Assembly (NCBI RefSeq): GCF_009914755.1
Contig: NC_060937.1
Strand: one strand, 5' to 3'
Length of the DNA stretch: 64,000 nucleotides
DNA from: the human T2T-CHM13v2.0 reference genome, Homo sapiens
In this document: piece after piece, positions 45,822-64,000 of the stretch
How the letters are laid out: every line of letters starts with the position of its first letter
Position numbering within the stretch: position 1 is the stretch's first letter
The notes under the pieces: generated by a model
Told to the model about the DNA's origin: nothing
The model's input: only the letters and a program-made list of their open reading frames with translations
Database searches by the model: none
Made by a program: the position numbers and the translations under genes

Positions 45822-46421
45822 TGCTGAGGCTTGACTAGGTAAACAAAGCAGCCAGGAAGCTCGAACTGAGTGGAGCCCACTACAACTCAATGAGGCCCAC
45901 CTGCCTCTGTAGACTCCACCTCTGGGGGCAGGGCATAGCTGAATAAAAGGCGGCAGAAATTTCTGCAGACTTAAACATCCCTGTATGACAGCTATGAAGA
46001 GAGCAGTGGTTCTCCCACCACAGTGTCTGAGCTCTGAGAACGGACAGACCACCTCCTCAAGGGGGTCCCTGACTCCCGTGTAGCCTAACTTGGAGACACC
46101 TCCCAGTAGGGGCCGACTGACACCTCATACAGCTGGGTGCCCCTCTGAGACGAAGCTTCCAGAGGAAAGATCAGGCAGCAATATTTGCTCTTCTGCAATA
46201 TTTGCTGTTATGCAGCCCCCGCTGGTGATACCCAGGCAAACAGGGTCTGGAGTGGACCTCCAGCAAACTCCAACAGACCTGCAGCTGAGGGACATGACTG
46301 TTAGAAAGAAAACTAATAAACAGAAAGGAATAGCATCAACATACACAAAAAGGACATCCACACCAAAACCCCATCTGTAGGTCACCATCATCAAAGGCCA
46401 AAGGTAGATAAAACCACAAAG

Positions 46422-47447
46422 ATGGGGAGAAACCAGAGCAGAAAAGCTGAAAATTCTAATAACCAGAGCACCCCTTCTCCTCCGAAGGATCGCAGCTCCT
46501 CGCCAGCAACAGAACAAAGCAGGGCAGAGAATGACTTTGATGAGTTGACAGAAGTAGGCTTCAGAAAGTCAGTAATAACAAACTTCTCCGAGCTAAAGGA
46601 GGATGTTCAAACCCATCACAAGGAAGCTAAAAACCTTGAAAAAAGATTAGATGAATGGCTAACTAGAATAAACAGTGTAGAGAAGACCTTAAATGACCTG
46701 ATGGAGCCGAAAACCATGGCACAAGAACTACGTGATGCATGCACAAGCTTCAATAGCCAACCCAATCAAGTGGAAGAAAGGGTATCAGTGATTGAAGATC
46801 AAATTAATGAAATGAAGGGAGAAGAGAAGTTTAGAGTAAAAAGAGTAAAAAGAAAAAAAAAAAGAATCTAAGAAATATGGGACTATGTGAAAAGACCAAA
46901 TCTACGTTTGATTGGTGTACATGAAAGTGACGGGGAGAATGGAACCGAGCTGGAAAACACTCTTCAGGATTTTATCCGGGAGAACTTCCCCAACCTAGCA
47001 AGGCAGGCCAACATTCAAATTCAGGAAATACAGAGAGCACCACAAAGATACTCCTCGAGAAGTGCAACCCCAAGACATATAATTGTCAGTTTCACCACGG
47101 TTGAAATGAAGGAAAAAATGCTAAGGGCAGCCAGAAAGAAAGGTCGCATTACCCACAAAGGGAAGCCCATCAGACTAACACCGGATCTCTCGGCAGAAAC
47201 CCTACAAGCCAGAAGAGAGTGGAGACCAATATTCAACATTCTTAAAGAAAAGAATTTTCAACCCAGAATTTCATATCCAACCAAACTAAACTTCATAAAT
47301 GAAGGAGAAATAAAATCCTTTACAGACAACCAAATGCTGAGAGATTTTGTCACCACCAAGCCTGCCTTACAAGAACTCATGAAGGAAGCACTAAACATGG
47401 AAAGGAAAAACCAGTACCAGCCACTACAAAAACATGCCAAATTGTAA
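46422..47447 (+). pseudogene. L1 ORF1p, full span with one in-frame nonsense codon
   Basis: ORFs 46422-46871 (MGRNQSRKAENS...) and 46887-47447 (KRPNLRLIGV...QPLQKHAKL) share a frame (offset 465 nt); the only stop is TAA at 46869-46871. Confidence 0.92.
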
Positions 47448-47510
47448 AGACCATTGATGCTGGGAAGAAACTGCATCAACTAACAGGCAAAATAACCAGC
47501 TAACATCACA

Positions 47511-51405
<3,895 letters not shown>

Positions 51406-53439
51406 ACAATGAGAACACTTGGACACAGGTCGGGGAACATCACACACTGGGGCCTGTCATGGGGTGGGGGAATGGGGGAGGGATAGCATTAGGAGAAATA
51501 CCTAAAGTAAATTACTAGTTAATGGGTGGAGCAAACCAATATGGCACATGTATACATATGTAACAAACCTGCATGTTGTGCACATGTACCCTAGAACTTA
51601 AAGTATATAATTAAAAAAAAGAAAGAAAATTGGAATAAAAGAATGCCCTCTCTCAGTACTCCTATTAAACATATTACTGGAAGTCTTAGCCAGAGCAATC
51701 AGTCATGAGAAACATATAAAAGGCATCCAAATAGGAAGAGAGGAAGTCAAACTATCTGTGTTTGAAGACAATATGAATCGACACCTAGAATATCTCATAT
51801 GTCTCCCCTAAAGCTTCTTGATCTAGTAAATTTAGCAAAGTTTCAGTATAAAAAATCAATATACAAAAATCAGTAACATTTCTATATATTACTAACATCC
51901 AAGCTGAGGTCGAAATCAAGAATGCAATCCCATTCACAATAGCCAAAAAAGGAATAAAATAACTCTGCAACGAGAGTTACAAAACAGTGCTCAATGAAAT
52001 CAGAGATGACACAAACAAATGGAAAAACATTCCTTGTTCATGGATAGAAAGAATCAACTTTGTTAGAATGGTCATGGTGTCCAAGTAACTTACGGATTCA
52101 ATCCTATTCCTATGGAACTGCCAAGGAGGGACAGAAAAAGATAAAAATCAAAGAATTAACTTTCAAGTACTATGCTTAACACCTGGGTGATGGAATGATC
52201 TGTACACCAAATCCCTGTGACACACTATTTCCCTATAAAACCAAGCCTGCCTGTGTGCCTCTGAACCAATATAAAAGTTAAAAAATAGAAAAACTATATA
52301 TAAATTAAATAAAATTTAAAAATTAAAATGTACTGCACATGAAAGGACACAATAAATATAGTGAAAAGACAACCTGCTGAATGGAAGAAAACATTTGCAA
52401 ACTTTTTATCTGACAAGAAACTAATTTCCAGAATATATAAAAAATGCAAAAAAACGAACATTAAAAAAAATCCATTACATGAATAGACATTTCTCAAAGG
52501 AAAAATGGGCCCATGTGGAAAAAAATGATCAACACAACTAATCATCAAGAAAATGTAAATCAAAACCACAATGAAATATCATCTTACCTCTGTTCGAATG
52601 GCTATTACGAAAAAGACAAAAAATGACAGGTGCTGGCGAGGATGCAGGGGATAGGGAACTTTTATAACTGTTATAGGAAAGTAAATTAGTATAATCACTA
52701 CTGAAAACAGTATGGCGATTTTTCAAAAAAGTAAAAATAGAACTGACATACAAACCAACAGTTCTGCTACTGGGCATTTGTTAAAGGAAAGGCAATAATT
52801 GTATCAAAAAGATTCCTGCACCCCCATATTTATAGCAGCACTATTCACAACAGCAAAATATTGGATCAACATAAGTGTCCATGAATGGATGAATGGATAA
52901 AGAAAATGTGGTATATACGGACAATGGAATACAATTTGACCATAACAAATAATGAAATCATGTCATTTGTTACAACAAAGATGAAACTAGAGGACATCAT
53001 TCTAAGTAAAATAAGCCCTCATATGCAGGAGCTAAAAAAGTTGATCTCATAGAGGTAGAGAGTAGAATGACAGATATCACAGGCTAGGAAGGCTGAGTGA
53101 GTGCAGAAAAAAACAGAGGTTGGTTATCGGTACAAACATACAGTTAGAAAGCATATACGTTCTAATGTTTGACTGCAAAGTAGGGTGACTGTAGTTAAAA
53201 ACAATGTATTTTATATTTCAAAATAGCAATAATAGTGGCCTTGGAATGTTTCCAACACAAAGAAGTCAGTTATAAATACTGGAGGTGATGTATACTTGAT
53301 CCTGACTTGATCATTACACATTGTATACATGTACAAAATATTACATACAGTCCAGAAATATGTACAAATATTATGTATCTATAAAACATTGTGATTAGTT
53401 TCCTTTATAAGTAATGGAAATTTATATAGGAGATACTGA

Positions 53440-54000
53440 GTACATTAGTTAATGTTAATAGGTCTTAATAGCTTTTGTTTAATACTCTTGTGTGCATAGC
53501 TGTGCATGAGAATGGTGGGGAGGAAAGAAGATGTAAGAATCTAAAATGATTACCAGAATTTCAGTTTGAAAGGCTGAGTTGATGGTGATCCCTGGAAACA
53601 AAATACAGCAAAATAAAGTTTCTCTCACATATGTGTATGTGTGTGCATATGCGTGTGTGTGCATGTATGTCTGTGTATGTGCACATATGCATACAATGAA
53701 GAAGGGACTATTTAAAAGAGTTTAGATTTGGAGTGCCTAGAAACATCTAGTTGTTGACATACTTTTTAATAATTGTGCATTTGGTCTTGGAATAAAATTG
53801 GATAAAGGTCAGAGGTAGTGTATTTTGTTGTGGAGCCATCAGTATACATGATAAACAACACATATTGAATGACTTGGATTATCTCAATATTGAATAAGAA
53901 TGTAACAAAGCTGCTAACAGAATATTGAGATACTCTTTTAAGACAGACATAGAAAGTTTCCAGTAACTGAGACTATGAAAAACACTCAGAGAGATAAGAA
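53440..54000 (-). mobile_element. L2 fragment with embedded TG/CA-rich low-complexity tract (about 53625-53695)
   Basis: 'atctaaaatgattaccagaatttcagtttga...gttgatggtg', 'gatttggagtgcctagaaacatctag' resemble antisense L2. Confidence 0.5.
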
Positions 54001-54179
54001 TGATTTTATGTATTATTGTAACACCCAGAAAACTAGAGATATGTAAACTTGAGACACCTAGTTTGGTTACACAAAGCCTGGAATAAACCTAGATCCAATC
54101 ATGTTCCCACCCCAATACATCTCTTGAGGTTGCTACAAAGAAAATATAATCAGTAATTACACTGAGACTCCTATTTTCT

Positions 54180-56381
<2,202 letters not shown>

Positions 56382-56644
56382 TAGTTGGGATTTTGAAAGA
56401 AACTCAATTGACTTAGGTTTCCCACTTTTGGCAAAATATTCTTTAAGTATTTCCTAGATCTTAATTTTAGCATGAGAGTGATAAATCCATCCTTTCCTAT
56501 GGATTCTTAAGATAATTGATACAAATAACTTAGATATATAAAACATATGAGATTTAATTTAATGTGAAATGAATAATTATTGCTTAATGATGACCATCTT
56601 TTTTATCTTCCTTATTAAGAAGCAAACAATAAAAACTTTTTAGA

Positions 56645-59355
56645 AGAGAGGTGAAGCAAGATAAAGGAATTAAAGGCTTCATCAATTGTGCCCCCAAAAA
56701 GAACACCAATTTAACAACTATCTACATGAATAAAACACTTTCATTAGAACCAAAAAGTAGGTGAATCCATACAGTATCTGGTTTTAACTCTGTATCTCTG
56801 AAAGAGGCACTGGGGAAATAGCAAAAACAGTCCTGAGTCACTGACGTCACCCCTATCCAACCCCCAGCATAGTCCACCTGGTGCAGAGAGCATCTCTGGG
56901 TGCTACAGGAGGGAGAACACAGCAATTGTGAAGCAATGAACTCAGTGCTGTTCTGTTAGAGCAGGAAGGAAAACCAGAACAAACTCAACTGGAACAAGCG
57001 TACAAAGGGAGCATTTAAATTAGCTCTAGGAAGAGGGGAATTGCTGGTCCTAAAAGTAGGGACTTGAGCTCTTGCAAAACTTGTCACCAAAGGCCACAGT
57101 GCTCTGTGTCTTCAAGTAAACCTGAAAGATAGTCTAGTACATAAGGACTACAACTCCTAGGAACATCCTAGTGCTGAACTCAGCCCAGAAACAGTAGACT
57201 GGGGGGCACTTAACCTACTGAGACACCAGGTGGATTAGTGAAGGGAGTGCTGGCATCACCCATGCCCTAATCCCAGTCCACATGGCTCACAGCTCCAAGA
57301 GACCCTTCCTTCCACTTGAGGAGAGGAGGGGGAAGAATAGGAAGGACTTTGTCTTGTGCCTTGGATACCAGCTCAGCCACAGTAGGAAAGGGCACTGATC
57401 AGAGTAGTGAAGCCCTGTTCCAGGCCCTAGCTCCCAGATGACATTTCTACACACACTCTGGGCCAGAAGGGAACTCATTGCCTTGAAGGGAAAAAAATAT
57501 TCTGGAAGAATTCATCACCTGCTAACTGAAGAGCCTGAACAATCAGCAGCAATAGCCAAGTACTATGTTGAGGGCCTTTGGTGAGCCTGTGAGACTTGTT
57601 GGCTTCAGCTGAGACTCAGCACATACGAAGCTCTGGTGGCTATGGGAAAAAAACTCCTTCTACTTGAGAAAAGCAGAGGTAAAAGTAAAGGAGACTTTGC
57701 CTTGGACCTTAAGTATGAGTATGGCCACAGGGGTGTAGAGCACCAAACAGGCTATCCAAACTGGAAGAATCACATTACCTGACTTCAAATTAAACTACAG
57801 AGCTATAGTAACCAAAACAGCATGGTACTGCCAAAAAAAGAAAAAAAAAAAAAAACAGACAGATAGACCAATGGAACAGAATAATGAACCCAAAAACAAA
57901 TCTGTATACTTACAGTGAATTCATTATTGATAGAAGTACCAAGAACATACACTAGGTAAAAGACAGTCTCTTCAATAATTGGTGCTGGAAAAACTGGATA
58001 TCCATATGCAGAAGAATGAAACTAGACTCTTATTTCTCACCATACAAAAAATCAAATCAAAATGGATTAAAGACTTAACTTTAAGACCTCAAACTATGAA
58101 ACTACTTCAAGAAGACTTTAAGAAATGTCTCTAGCACATCGATCTGGGCAAATATTTTTTGAGTAATACTCCACAAAGCAAAAATAGACAAATGGGATCA
58201 TATCAAGTTAAAAAGCTTCTGCACAGAAAGAAAACAATAAAGTGAAGAGACAACCCAAAGAATGGAGAAAATATTTGCAAACTCCCCAGATGACAAGAGA
58301 ATAAGAACCAGAATATATAAGAAGCTCAAATAACTTTAGGAAACAATCTAATGATGCAACCAAAAAATGGGCAACAAATTTGAATAGACATTTCTCAGAA
58401 GAAGAAATACAAATGGCAAACATATATGAAAAGAGCTCAACATTATTGATCATCAGAGAAATGCAAATCAAAACTACAATGAGATATCCTGTCACCCCAG
58501 TTAAAATGGCATATATATTCAAAAGACAGGAAATAACAAATGCTGGTAAGGAAGCAGAAAAAGAGAACCCTTGTACACTGTCAGTGGGAGTGTAAATTAA
58601 TACAACCACTGTGGAGGACAGTTTGGAGGTTACTCAAAAAACTGCTAATACAGCTACCATATGATCCAGCAATTGCACCACTAGGTGTATACCCAAAAGA
58701 AAGGAAATCAGTATATCAAAAAGATGTCTGCATTCCTATGTTCACTGCAGCTCTGTTCACAATAGTCAACATTTGAAATCAACTTAAGTGCCCATCAACA
58801 GATAAATAGATAAAGAAAATGTGGTACATATACCCAATGGACTACTATTCAGCCATAAAAAGAATGAGATTCTGTCATTTGCAACAAAATGGGTGGAATT
58901 GGAGAACATTATGCTAAGTGAAATAAAACAGGCATAGAAAGACAAACATCATATGTTCTCACTTATGTGTGGGACCTAAAAATGAAAACAACTGAACTCA
59001 TGGACATAGAGAGTAGGATGGTTGGTTACCAGTGTCTGGAAATGATACTCGAGGGATGGGGTAGAGGTGGGGAGGGTAAATTGGTACAAAATAAAATAGA
59101 AAGAATGAATGAGACCTACTATTTGATAACACAAAAAGGTGACTATCGTCAATAATAATTGTACATTTCAAAATAAATAGAATAGTGTAATTGGATTTTT
59201 TTTGTAATGCAAAGGATAAATTCTTGAGAGGATGATACCCCATTCTCCATGATGTAATTACTATGCATTGCATGCCTCTTAACATCTCATGCCTATTAAA
59301 CATCTAATGTGCCCCATAAATATATATACCTACTATGTTCCCACAAAATTAATTA
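56645..59355 (+). mobile_element. L1MA1/2-like element: 5' UTR fused directly to ORF2 3' end and 3' UTR
   Basis: 5'-UTR-like sequence 56645-57752, then 'aaactggaagaatcacattacctgacttcaaa' (late ORF2), ending 'aatatatatacctactatgttcccacaaaatt' (L1MA2-type end). Confidence 0.82.
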
Positions 59356-59379
59356 TTTTCAAAAGAGACACACAAAAAA

Positions 59380-59830
59380 TCACTGCACATCCATCAGAAT
59401 GGCTAAAATAAAAAACACTGTAAATATCAAATGCTGACAAGAATGCCAGGAATCTAGGTCACTCATATATTATTGATGGAGCTCATTCATATATTAGTGA
59501 TGAGAATGTAATATGATACAGCCACTCTGGAAAACAGGCAATTTCTTATAAAATCAAGCATGCAACTTTGTGTAACCCAGCAATTACACTATTGGGTATT
59601 TATCACAGAAACATGAAAACTCATGTCTATACAAAAATCTGTATGCAAACGTTCATAGCAGCATTACACACAATAGACAAAAACTGGAAACCACCTAGAT
59701 GTTCTTCAACAGGTAAATGTAGTACCTCCATACTCCAGAACACTACTCAGTACAAATAATTATACACACCACAGTTGGATTAAATTCCAGGAAATTATGC
59801 TAAGTAAAAAAACCAATCACCAAATGTTAA
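59380..59830 (+). mobile_element. Old L1 (L1MB/MC-like) 3' fragment
   Basis: ORF 59568-59759 'PAITLLGIYHRNMKTHVYTKICMQTFIAAL' resembles the ORF2 C-terminus. Confidence 0.75.
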
Positions 59831-60169
59831 ACTTTCTCTTAGATGCGACTGAAATATACTTAATTATTTTAAAATGTTAACTAAAATTTTATGTTGGCAC
59901 TCTAAAAATGTTTTCAACTTTGATTTGATATTTTTACTTATGAAGAGGAGATTTGAAGGACTGCATGCCATTTTGTTACTTAAAATTCTTATTCTTTAAC
60001 ACTTGAATGGACTTTTTGTTATTCTCCATATTTATTCAATTTATATTTAAATTATTTAATGACTCAGCATCATTATATTCTGGGACAACCTGCTGTGTCT
60101 TTGGAGAAAGTGATCTTTGTTAAAAAGAACAATCTCTCTGGTATTTCCTAGTTGGTTCCCAGTTCAATC

Positions 60170-60436
60170 CCTAGGGATGCATATTTTATATAGCACCTTC
60201 TTCAAATACCACCTGATCTATTGACTGTCTCCCGGTATCCTTTATAACTAGTCTTTCATTTTATTCCTAACACATATCCCAAATTTAATAATTCATATCT
60301 TCAAATTAATGGCTTGTCTGCTTCCCTCTGATAAGCTCCATTGAGGCCAAAACCATGTCTGGTTGCCTCCAAGTGGTATTCATAGCATCTAACATGGATC
60401 ATAGTACGTATTCAATACATACTTGCTGAAAAAATG
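60170..60436 (+). mobile_element. L2 3' end
   Basis: 'taagctccattgaggccaaaaccatgtct...tattcatagcatctaacatgg...tattcaatacatacttgctgaa'. Confidence 0.7.
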
Positions 60437-60507
60437 CTAAGCAAGTTCCGTTCCAAGGGAATGTTTTTCAAATAATTGGAAACACATTTTATTTCCTAAT
60501 TTTTTTT

Positions 60508-60645
60508 TTCTTCTCCAGGCTAATTTTCACCAAACTTCCTTATATGTCTTCATTTTATAACCCTTCTCCACCTTAATTGCTTCTTGAATAGGTTCCAGGA
60601 TGTTTAAATGTCCACTAAGTTGTGATCACCAGAAATAAATATAAT
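60508..60645 (-). mobile_element. L3/CR1 fragment
   Basis: 'tcttctccaggctaa...aatgtccactaagttgtgatcaccagaaataaat' resembles antisense L3; weak. Confidence 0.45.
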
Positions 60646-62961
60646 TTTTATTTAATTAATCTTTGTTTTCCCAGTCTAACACATCAAAAATTAACACTTG
60701 AATATTTTTAAACTAAGAATTCATGCTCATTTCTAATATTTTTAGGGCTGCTAATTCTCATCTCCCTATTCTTCTATCTCTTTTACCTGATTGCTGATTG
60801 ACACTCAGACTTAATGATATTCTGGGGACATAAATCCAAATCTTCCACACAATTTCAATAGAGGGGTGGTTTTCAATTTTTTTCTGAAGAGTTTCAATAC
60901 TGAGCTTCAGGAACACATCACAGCGTGATAGTTAAGTTACATGGTGGATGTTTTAGATACTACATTACAGATTCCACCAGAGCAAAACTTTTAAAAACCT
61001 ATTTTATAAGAGATTTCTTTTGGATGAAAAAAAATTCTACTAACCATTAGGGGAAACTGGTGTTTCCCCAAATTATTTTTTTTGTTTTGTTGTATTATAT
61101 ACGAAGATAAATGCTTACAGATGTGTGTTGTGGGGGTGCAGATATGGACTTGATGAATTTATGTATAAAGTATCATGTGCATGTCCAGATACTTGAACCA
61201 TCTAAAATGTCTTTCCTTTGCTTGTATACGAATGGCAATCACCAGCATATCATGAAAGTATTTGCAATAAATTATTTCCATGTTGACAGAATATCTAAAA
61301 CAGAATATATGAAGGTTCTGTTTGTTATTATGGTGCTTTAATGTTTCCCCTCTTTGCAATTTACTGATATTATCCAAAGCTCTTGAACAATAAAATAACC
61401 TGGGCACAGTGTTAACACTAGTAATACACCTTAAAACTGATAATGTATTCAAATTGCATGCAGATTAATTCTTCCTAAGCAGAACTCTTATTTTACAATA
61501 CTGAAGAGCCACTTCCATCCCTAGCCACTAAATACTTTCTTACTTTCAAGATATTGGCTGTAAAATCATTCAAGGATAAATAACTAAAGACTGGAACAAT
61601 TAAAATCATGTTTGAAAAATGTAAGTGTTTTGAAGAGTCATTTTAGAATGCTTTTTTATTATAATGCAGTTCTTGTACTTTTGCTTCTTTTTCTATATAC
61701 ACTTATAAATAGTAACAAAACCACAGATAACACAAAAAATAACAAAGAACAACTTGAATTGTAATTTGGTGTTTAGTGACTCCTAATGATATCACTGAGG
61801 GGCTTGAACATTTTTTATTTCTCCTCCTTTAGTGAACTAAAAATAAAAAGTTCATGTTCTAGTTGCTGTGTGGCCTTAATGATAGATGGATAAATGGGTT
61901 GTTCTCTACTGATCATAATGTCAGAAATGTGTAAAACAGTTGTTGCCAGAAAAGAGTAGATTGTTATTTAATCATGTTTCATAGGGAAAATAGAAGAAAC
62001 AAAAAGTAATAGGTCAATTTAAATGAATACTCTTATTATCAACTAATAATACTTAATCCACAAAAATTCTCATTTGTCACTAGATGTGGGTTTCATATAC
62101 AAATACTAAAGTTTGTGCAATTTTACTTATGTGGTTTCTTTTCAGCACAGGAAAATTTAGACAAAATCATATTCATCTATGAATAAATGGATATTTATAA
62201 TTATATTACTGAAGCCTATCAGTGCATTTCTAGTACTATCATGAATCAGTTTAAAGAAATTTGTAGCTCCTCAAATTTTTTCCAGTGACATTCATGCTAT
62301 TCTCAGGATTTGTTTCATAAGAGTTCCACAAGTTGTACTTTCAGTTGAGCTTCGCATATAACATTTTTTATTTCTTCCCCTGCTTTGGCTTTCAATGTAG
62401 AGATCCTGCTTTTACTGCTACAGATTTCATTGCTTAGTGCAAGATCTCAAGGCACTTAAGCACTAAGGAAGTCTTTATTTTCATTTTTCTCTCTTCTAAA
62501 AGATTATCTGTCTAGTTTGCTGCTCATTACTCTGAGTTTCATGAAAACATATATTCTACAAGTCATCTCAGTAAAGAAATCACTATTCACTCATATATTC
62601 TAGCAAATAGGAAACAAGGTATTGTTTCTAAATTTTCTATATGCCTTTATTGAAACGTCCTTAATTTGTACTTGCTTTGTGTAATAGTTCCTGCATCCTT
62701 GGACTCTAAAATGAGAAGATACTGGAGTGATAAATTTCCATCTTTTAGATTATTTGTCCACTCTTATCCTTCTAAGCTATTTGTTAATTCAAATTTAGGC
62801 ATTTCAATTTCCCCTACCCTTAAGTAGTATTTTTCTGGAAGTCCCTAATTCCTATATTGGATGTCCAGATATGTTTGCTTATCAAAGAAGACCATTTCTT
62901 AGATGTCTCCTTTTAACTAAGCATGTTAAAAAAAAAAATTGGCAATAAAAGCATTGTGTTC

Positions 62962-63257
62962 GGCCGGGCCTGATGGCTCATGCCTGTAATCCCAGCACTT
63001 TGGGAAGCCGAGGCGGGCGGATGGCTTGAGGTCGGGAGTTCAAGACCAGCCTGACCAACACGGAGAAACCCCATCTCCACTAAAAATACAAAATTAGCCA
63101 GGCGTGCTGGTGCATGCCTGTAATCCCAGCTACTCAGGAGGCTGAGGCAGGAGAATCACTTGAACCCGGGAAGCGGAGGTTGCAGTTGGCCAATATCGTG
63201 CCATTGCCCTCCAACCTGGGCAACAAACGAAAATCCGTCTCAAAAAAAAAAAAAAAA
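62962..63257 (+). mobile_element. AluSp, full length, 15-bp degenerate TSD
   Basis: Sp features 'ggtcgggagttc..gaccagcctgaccaaca.ggagaaaccc'; TSD aaaagcattgtgttc (62947-62961) / aaaagaactgtgttc (63258-63272). Confidence 0.94.
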
Positions 63258-63557
63258 AAAAGAACTGTGTTCATAATCACCAGTATTTTTATAGTCATAG
63301 CATTGCTTGATCTATACAGAAAATTTTCCATTTTTCTTTAATATACTAATTTTTCTATAGAAATACCTTTCTTTCCCAGGGAAAATTCAAAATTATTCAA
63401 TTCTTACTGAATTATAATATATTATCATATTTATAATAGACTTTAAAAATGTTTGTTTCAGTGCTTTTTCTCAGAATAGATCAGGGGTCATGTCTATTTT
63501 ACTTTGGACCTAGAATAGTGCCTGACATATAATAAACGCTTAAACATTTTTATTAAA

Positions 63558-64000
63558 TTTTATTTTTGAAATAACTTTAAATTTAGAAGAAAGATGAAAA
63601 GGTAGTCCAAAAAGCTCCTATATACCAAGAATCAGGATCTCTTTAGGCTAGCATCTTACATACCAATGCTTCTATACTTACCAAAATTAAAAAAAAATAT
63701 TAGTACAATACAGTTAAATAAACTATAGATTTTATTTTAATATCATCAGGTTTACTAGTAACTTTCTTTTTTCTCTCTTTAAAGATCCAATGCATGATAG
63801 CACATAGCATCTAAAGGTCATTGATTCTGGGACAGGTTTTTGGTGCTACTTTATATTTAAGGACCTTGAAATTCTGGAGTACATATTATATAGACTGGGA
63901 TTATGAATTTTGGTGATGAGTACAGACGTGAAATATTCTACTTGTCTCGTTATGTTAGAAAGCCCATGATATCAATGAAAATTACTACTTGTGATGTAAA
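63558..64000 (-). mobile_element. L1MC/MD-like 3'-end fragment (preceded by a short L2 3' end at about 63470-63555)
   Basis: 'tttatttttgaaataactttaaatttagaagaaag...aagctcctatatacc...catcttacatacc...aaactatagattttatttt'. Confidence 0.65.

Noticed and set aside
46189-46215. Duplicated gcaatatttgct in L1 5' UTR
   Set aside because: As far as I recall, a similar doublet is part of the subfamily consensus, so it is not locus-specific.

Overview
This is an AT-rich primate genomic window, most likely human or another ape, judging from AluY copies and an L1PA2-type 3' end. It is probably intergenic or deep-intronic. I find no recognisable host protein-coding gene, RNA gene or CpG island, and every ORF with a recognisable translation derives from LINE-1 or Alu. 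More than half the window is retroelement debris: nine Alu copies or fragments, several LTRs (THE1, MER21 with internal sequence, LTR47, MLT1) and many L1s. The dominant structure is a three-level nested L1 (about 38.7-53.4 kb): an old L1MA-type element interrupted by an L1PA15/16-type element, which is itself interrupted by a full-length L1PA6-type element with a 16-bp target-site duplication (TSD). It is followed by a twin-primed (5'-inverted) L1PA3-type insertion with a perfect 16-bp TSD and an apparent micro 3' transduction. The most unusual local signals look like repair or reverse-transcription scars. They include an ~90-bp self-complementary AT insertion in the L1 endonuclease coding region, a ~230-bp microhomology-bounded re-copy of an L1 3' segment inside an L1, and a pure A32 run fused to an Alu's upstream TSD. 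Other signals are a (GGAA)15 purine tract, a doubled tRNA-Leu primer-binding-like site and two perfect RTGACTCAGCA motifs. I found no evidence for a new biological system. Subfamily calls come from remembered consensus features, not from a RepeatMasker/Dfam run, and the boundaries of old repeats are approximate.
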